64,000 nucleotides of DNA from an uncultured Gemmatimonadales bacterium (lineage in GTDB: Bacteria; Gemmatimonadota; Gemmatimonadetes; Gemmatimonadales; GWC2-71-9). How positions within the stretch are numbered: position 1 is the stretch's first letter; every line of letters starts with the position of its first letter. A program made the translations under genes and the position numbers. Shown piece after piece: positions 60,801-64,000 of this stretch. The notes beneath the pieces are model-generated. The model did no database searches. It saw nothing but the letters and a program-made list of their open reading frames with translations, and had not been told where the DNA came from. The DNA is taken from the NCBI GenBank assembly GCA_963730185.1, contig CAVSQW010000007.1:64001-128000 (forward strand), given 5' to 3'.

Positions 60801-61180
60801 CGGTCGACGACGTCCAGGCCCCCGAGCTCCAGTTCGCGGCGGTCCTGCCGGTCTCACCGGCCGTGTCGCAGCAGGTCGCGACCCTCCGGTTCGTGACCCC
60901 CTCGGGGACCGCGGTGCGGACCTCGCCGCGGGCGGCGTCCGGAGCCCGGACCCTGTTCATGCCCGACCCGGGCGCGTCGGCCGCCCGCCCGAACGCGCTC
61001 CAGGCCGCGCTTCAGTGGGACGGCGCGACCTATCCGATGGCGCTGGTCCGCGACGCCGCGACCGGACAGATCCTCTCGTTCGCGCGAGGTGGCCAGGCCA
61101 CGATCTGGACCCGGGCCGCGGCTCTCGACGTGACCTTCTCGGACGGGATCCAGGCCCGGAGCGCCCGACTCACGCCCTGA
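57833..61180 (+). CDS. Large lipoprotein: six ~85-aa beta-sandwich repeats plus zinc metallopeptidase (M66-like) domain
   Basis: LAAC lipobox; six G.L.vtvtGlP.G...vtGP.G...L.PG.Y repeats; HELGHNMSRSH and DLMGY Met-turn; true start may be downstream. Confidence 0.85.
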   Translation: MRYPARASRTASRHPVAIAAVRNGDATRCGGLGRRLLWQLATAATVAGLLSLAACGGDPTLAGALAPPAPGSLAVTVTGLPAGAPANLTLSNASGYQRALTGSETIPDLVAGSYTLAAAGVTADGDGYDPAPVTQSLSVHAGPSTTSASVEYGISTGRIDLAITGLPAGADAAVTVSGPDGFDLPAPSSGQLKGLAPGTYTVRAAPLTVDGDGYAPSVDSVLVLVTPGTTPSPASVAYAIVTGRLDLGIAGAPDGTTPAVTVTGPNGFEDTVAATTSFTGLEPGTYAVAAPSLTSGGHRWDAEVAPASIEVPASATPASGAVTYGLATGALTVTVTGLPAGASAGLTLTGPGGSQPITATTTLVGLAPGDYTLTAASVSAGGGTWLGSPATQPVTVAASLTPAAASVAYARGTGTLDLTISGVPTGAAALVVVTGPNGYSQSLSASQTLGGLDPGGYTVAASNVTASGQTYLPTPASQPVAVSIGATAAATVTYGLQGGALALAVTGLPGGTAASVQVTGPGGYNHSVTASTTLTGLLAGSYAVVADSVTSGATRYGPTPASQNVAVTSGNTAAAAIAYAAAPPPGTTLNLVVDGMYLTQAAQRYDGSVPLVAGRDAYLRVFVKANQANSETPAVRVRFYSGGTLTQTSTITAPGASVPTAVTEGTLASSWNLPVPGALLQPNLKVLVDVDPTNAVAESSDTDNSFPASGTPFAVDVRSLPTFHVRFVPVLQSANGLQGNVSSGNQAQYLTDVLKMLPIGAYDADIHSVYTTTAAAVESSNGNGAWGTILNEIWALKGADGSTRYYYGVLKASYSSGVAGIGYVGGGINSALGWDHLPSGSGVMAHELGHNMSRSHAPCGGVAGPDPSYPYTGGQLGIYGLDLTTLALKSPTTTFDLMGYCNPVWISDYNWNGMLQYRQSNANYAPPVAPTAGDGLLVWGRVTPRGIVLEPAFPVRAPFTAPAASTAYRVEGVSLTGQVLFSYPVQPVEAVDDVQAPELQFAAVLPVSPAVSQQVATLRFVTPSGTAVRTSPRAASGARTLFMPDPGASAARPNALQAALQWDGATYPMALVRDAATGQILSFARGGQATIWTRAAALDVTFSDGIQARSARLTP

Positions 61181-61233
61181 GCGGACCGGGGGGCGGCCTG
61201 CGCGCGAGGCGGGGCGGGTCCTAGATTCCAGGC

Positions 61234-62100
61234 ATGCCCTCCTCCTCCGTCCTCGTCACCGGGTGTTCCACCGGCATCGGTGCCGCCGCCGCGCTCGACC
61301 TCGATCGGGCCGGCTACACGGTCTTCGCCGGGATCCGCCGGGCCGAGGACGCCGACCGGCTTCGGGCCCGGGGCTCGGAGCGGCTCCGGCCGATCGAGCT
61401 CGACGTAACCCGGGCCGACCAGGTTGCCCGGGCCGCCGGGCTGATCGAGGCCGAGACCGGCGCGACCGGTCTCCGCGGACTGGTCAACAACGCCGGCATC
61501 GTGGTCGGCGGTCCGCTCGAGTTCCTGCCCCTCGAGGATTTCCGAGCGCAATTCGAGGTGAACGTCTTCGGCCTCCTCGCCGTGACCCAGGCGCTGCTGC
61601 CGGCCCTCCGCCGGGGCCGGGGCCGGATCGTCAACATCGGGTCGGTCTCCGGAAAGACCGTCACTCCGCTGATCGGAGCCTACGCCGCGTCCAAGCACGC
61701 GCTCGAGGCGATGTCCGACGCCCTCCGGCTGGAGCTCGCGCCCTGGGGGATCGAGGTGGCCCTGATCGAGCCCGGACCGGTCCAGACCGCGATCTGGGAC
61801 AAGGGCCGGGAGGCCCTGGCCCGGGCGCCGGAGGTGTACTCGGACCGGGCCCTGGAGCTCTACGGCCCCCGGATGGCGGTAGTCGGCAGGCTGGCTGCAT
61901 CCAGCGGCGCCGCCGGCGTCACCACCGGCCCGGTGGTGGCCGCGATCCGTCACGCGCTCGAAGCCCGCCGGCCCAAGACCCGGTATCTGATCGGCAGGGG
62001 TGCCTGGCTCCGGGCCGGTCTTCGCTGGCTGTTACCGGACCGGGTCATGGACGCCCTGATTCAGCGCTATCTCCGCCGGATGGAGCGAGCCGGCGCGTGA
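61234..62100 (+). CDS. SDR oxidoreductase
   Basis: TGCSTGIG, NNAG, YAASK and IEPG motifs. Confidence 0.95.
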   Translation: MPSSSVLVTGCSTGIGAAAALDLDRAGYTVFAGIRRAEDADRLRARGSERLRPIELDVTRADQVARAAGLIEAETGATGLRGLVNNAGIVVGGPLEFLPLEDFRAQFEVNVFGLLAVTQALLPALRRGRGRIVNIGSVSGKTVTPLIGAYAASKHALEAMSDALRLELAPWGIEVALIEPGPVQTAIWDKGREALARAPEVYSDRALELYGPRMAVVGRLAASSGAAGVTTGPVVAAIRHALEARRPKTRYLIGRGAWLRAGLRWLLPDRVMDALIQRYLRRMERAGA

Positions 62101-64000
62101 GGGCGAGGTCCGCGCTGTGGATGGCCTTGCTCGGGCTGGGCGCCTGCCTCGACGGGGCCCCCACCGGCCCGAATGGGGCTGGCCCGGCCCCGGCCGGCGT
62201 GGCGCTGGTCCCGGCCTCCGCGACGCTCGAGGTCGGCGGCAGCCTGACCATGGGTGTGCCCGGGTCGGAGCCGTTCACGCTCGAGTCCGACGACCCGTCC
62301 ATCGCGGCGGTCGGACCCGGCGGGGTGGTGCGAGCTGTTGGGCCGGGGACCGCCAAGATCAGGGCCTACACCGCGATTGGCCGAGCCGACGCCAGGGTGA
62401 CCGTCGTGCCCGTGGCCAGCTCGCTCGATCCGCTGCTCCGCGACCGGGGGATCACCGACGCCAGTCTGCTCGGCATCTGGGCCGCCGACGAGCAGGTGGC
62501 GTACGCCGTGGGGGTCGCCGGCGTCTTGCTCGAGACCGACGATGGCGGCGCGTCGTGGCGGCGGATCGCGCTGCCCGCCAGTCCCGACCTGCTCGCGGTC
62601 TGGGGCTCGGGACCGGGCGACGTCTACGCCGTCGGGTCGAACGGGGCGATCCTTCACTTCGACGGGACCGCCTGGTCGCTCGAGCCCACCGGCACCACGG
62701 GGCTTTTCTTGGCCGTCTGGGGCTCGGGGGCCGACGACGTCTACGCCGTGGGCGCCGACGTCGCCATGCACTACGACGGCCACGCCTGGGCGCCGATGCC
62801 CGGCGCCGAAGGCGCCGAGCTCTGGTCGGTCTGGGGCACCGGTCCGACCGACGTGTTCGCCTCCGGGCAGAACGGCGTGATCCTCCATTGGGACGGCACT
62901 CGCTGGACCCGGATGACGGCGCCAACCCAGTACGTCCTCTTCGGCCTCTGGGGTACGGCGCCGTTCGACGTCTGGGCGGCGGGGATCCGCGGCACCGTGC
63001 TTCACTACGACGGCATCGCCTGGCGGCAGGTGCCGGTGCCGAGCGCCGGTGACTTCTTCGCGCTCTCGGGCCGGAGCCAATCGGACATCCTGATCGCCGG
63101 AAACGGCGGGGCGGTGCTCCGGTACGACGGGTCGACCTGGTCGTACCTGCCCCAGACCGCCACCCGCGAGAATCTCCGAGCCATCGCCTTCACGCCCGCG
63201 GGCGTCGCCCGGATCGTGGGGTGGTCCGGCACCGTCATCCGGAGGGAACCGGTCGGCTGGGCCAGGGAGACCGGCTCGGCGGTGCTGCTCTCGTCCGTGG
63301 CCGATCCCGACGGCCGGGTCACGATCGTCGGAGGGGCCGGCACCGTGCTGGAGGGGCCGGTGACCGGCCCGTTCGCCCGGGTTGCCGTGCCGACCCGGGA
63401 CGATCTCTATGGCGTGGCCCGTCTGGCGGACGGCGATCTGATCGCCGTGGGCGACCGGGGCACGATCCTCTGGCGCCGGAATGGAGTCTGGATCGCCGAG
63501 GGCGCCCCGACGTCGGTGCTGCTGCGGTCGGTCTGGGCCGATCCGTCCGACGCCGGCCGGATCGTGATCGTGGGAGACCAGGGTGTCATCCTGACCCGGC
63601 ACGACGGGACCTGGCGCCGGGAGGCGTCGCCCACCACCCGCTTCCTCCGCCACGTGTACGGCGCTGCCCCCGACCTGATCATGGCCGTGGGCGACAGCGG
63701 CACGGTCGTCCGCTACGACGGGCTTCGCTGGTCGGTCATGCCCACGCCGGTGACGACCCTTCTCCGGGGCGTCTGGGTGAGCGGCCCGGACGAGGCCTAT
63801 GCGGTGGGGGAGCAGGGGGCGGCCATCCGGTACGACGGCCGGCGTTGGTCGGAGCTCACCTCGCCCGTGCCTCGGGCGCTCCGGGCCGTGTACGGGGCGG
63901 GGCCGACCGAGCTCTACGCCGTCGGCGAGGAAGGCACAGTGGTGCGGTTCAACGGGGTGGGCTGGCAGCGCCTCGGATCGCCGACCACGAGCTACCTGCT
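62097..64000 (+). CDS. Lipoprotein with an Ig-like domain and at least 13 beta-propeller repeats (3'-truncated; absent from the ORF track)
   Basis: GTGA overlap; VRARSALWMALLGLGAC lipobox; the same frame reads at the start and at the window end; repeats of L.aVWGsgp.dvyAVG..G.il.yDG..W. Confidence 0.88.
   Translation, partial: MRARSALWMALLGLGACLDGAPTGPNGAGPAPAGVALVPASATLEVGGSLTMGVPGSEPFTLESDDPSIAAVGPGGVVRAVGPGTAKIRAYTAIGRADARVTVVPVASSLDPLLRDRGITDASLLGIWAADEQVAYAVGVAGVLLETDDGGASWRRIALPASPDLLAVWGSGPGDVYAVGSNGAILHFDGTAWSLEPTGTTGLFLAVWGSGADDVYAVGADVAMHYDGHAWAPMPGAEGAELWSVWGTGPTDVFASGQNGVILHWDGTRWTRMTAPTQYVLFGLWGTAPFDVWAAGIRGTVLHYDGIAWRQVPVPSAGDFFALSGRSQSDILIAGNGGAVLRYDGSTWSYLPQTATRENLRAIAFTPAGVARIVGWSGTVIRREPVGWARETGSAVLLSSVADPDGRVTIVGGAGTVLEGPVTGPFARVAVPTRDDLYGVARLADGDLIAVGDRGTILWRRNGVWIAEGAPTSVLLRSVWADPSDAGRIVIVGDQGVILTRHDGTWRREASPTTRFLRHVYGAAPDLIMAVGDSGTVVRYDGLRWSVMPTPVTTLLRGVWVSGPDEAYAVGEQGAAIRYDGRRWSELTSPVPRALRAVYGAGPTELYAVGEEGTVVRFNGVGWQRLGSPTTSYL

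Noticed and set aside
2064..63653. Many long antisense or alternate-frame ORFs (e.g. 3329..5632, 9640..11352, 57764..60400)
   Set aside because: Shadow ORFs typical of high-GC DNA. They overlap well-supported genes and have Arg/Gly/Pro-rich, motif-free sequences.

Overview
A high-GC, gene-dense bacterial window. Gene content (PadR plus ADOP duplicated permease, many Sec/Tat-exported peptidases, lipoproteins with Ig-like repeats) suggests Gemmatimonadota or Acidobacteriota, which is an inference only. From left to right: the 3' end of a group 1 membrane-bound [NiFe]-hydrogenase operon (large subunit, cytochrome b, protease, hypABFCDE); a GldA/GldF-GldG/DUF4340-type ABC module; MFS, GH109 and M20 genes; a run of exported hydrolases (S12, M1, CocE/NonD, M14); PadR-ADOP; an S1/P1 nuclease, a coiled-coil lipoprotein and a TonB-dependent receptor; a CPBP protease and an NlpC/P60 peptidase; a four-gene cluster (GcvT-like, two phytoene-desaturase-like flavoproteins, Rieske oxygenase); tandem ArsB/NhaD permeases; M24, CaCA, metallophosphoesterase, M28, MBL and class V aminotransferase genes; and two large surface lipoproteins. 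No rRNA, tRNA, CRISPR array or transposase was recognised. About 11-12 single-base indels break otherwise intact genes, most likely long-read assembly errors. The main candidates for novelty are (1) four inverted heptamer-repeat hairpins found only between convergent genes, (2) the reductase-less GcvT/flavoprotein/Rieske cluster, and (3) a HypA lacking its entire zinc-finger domain.
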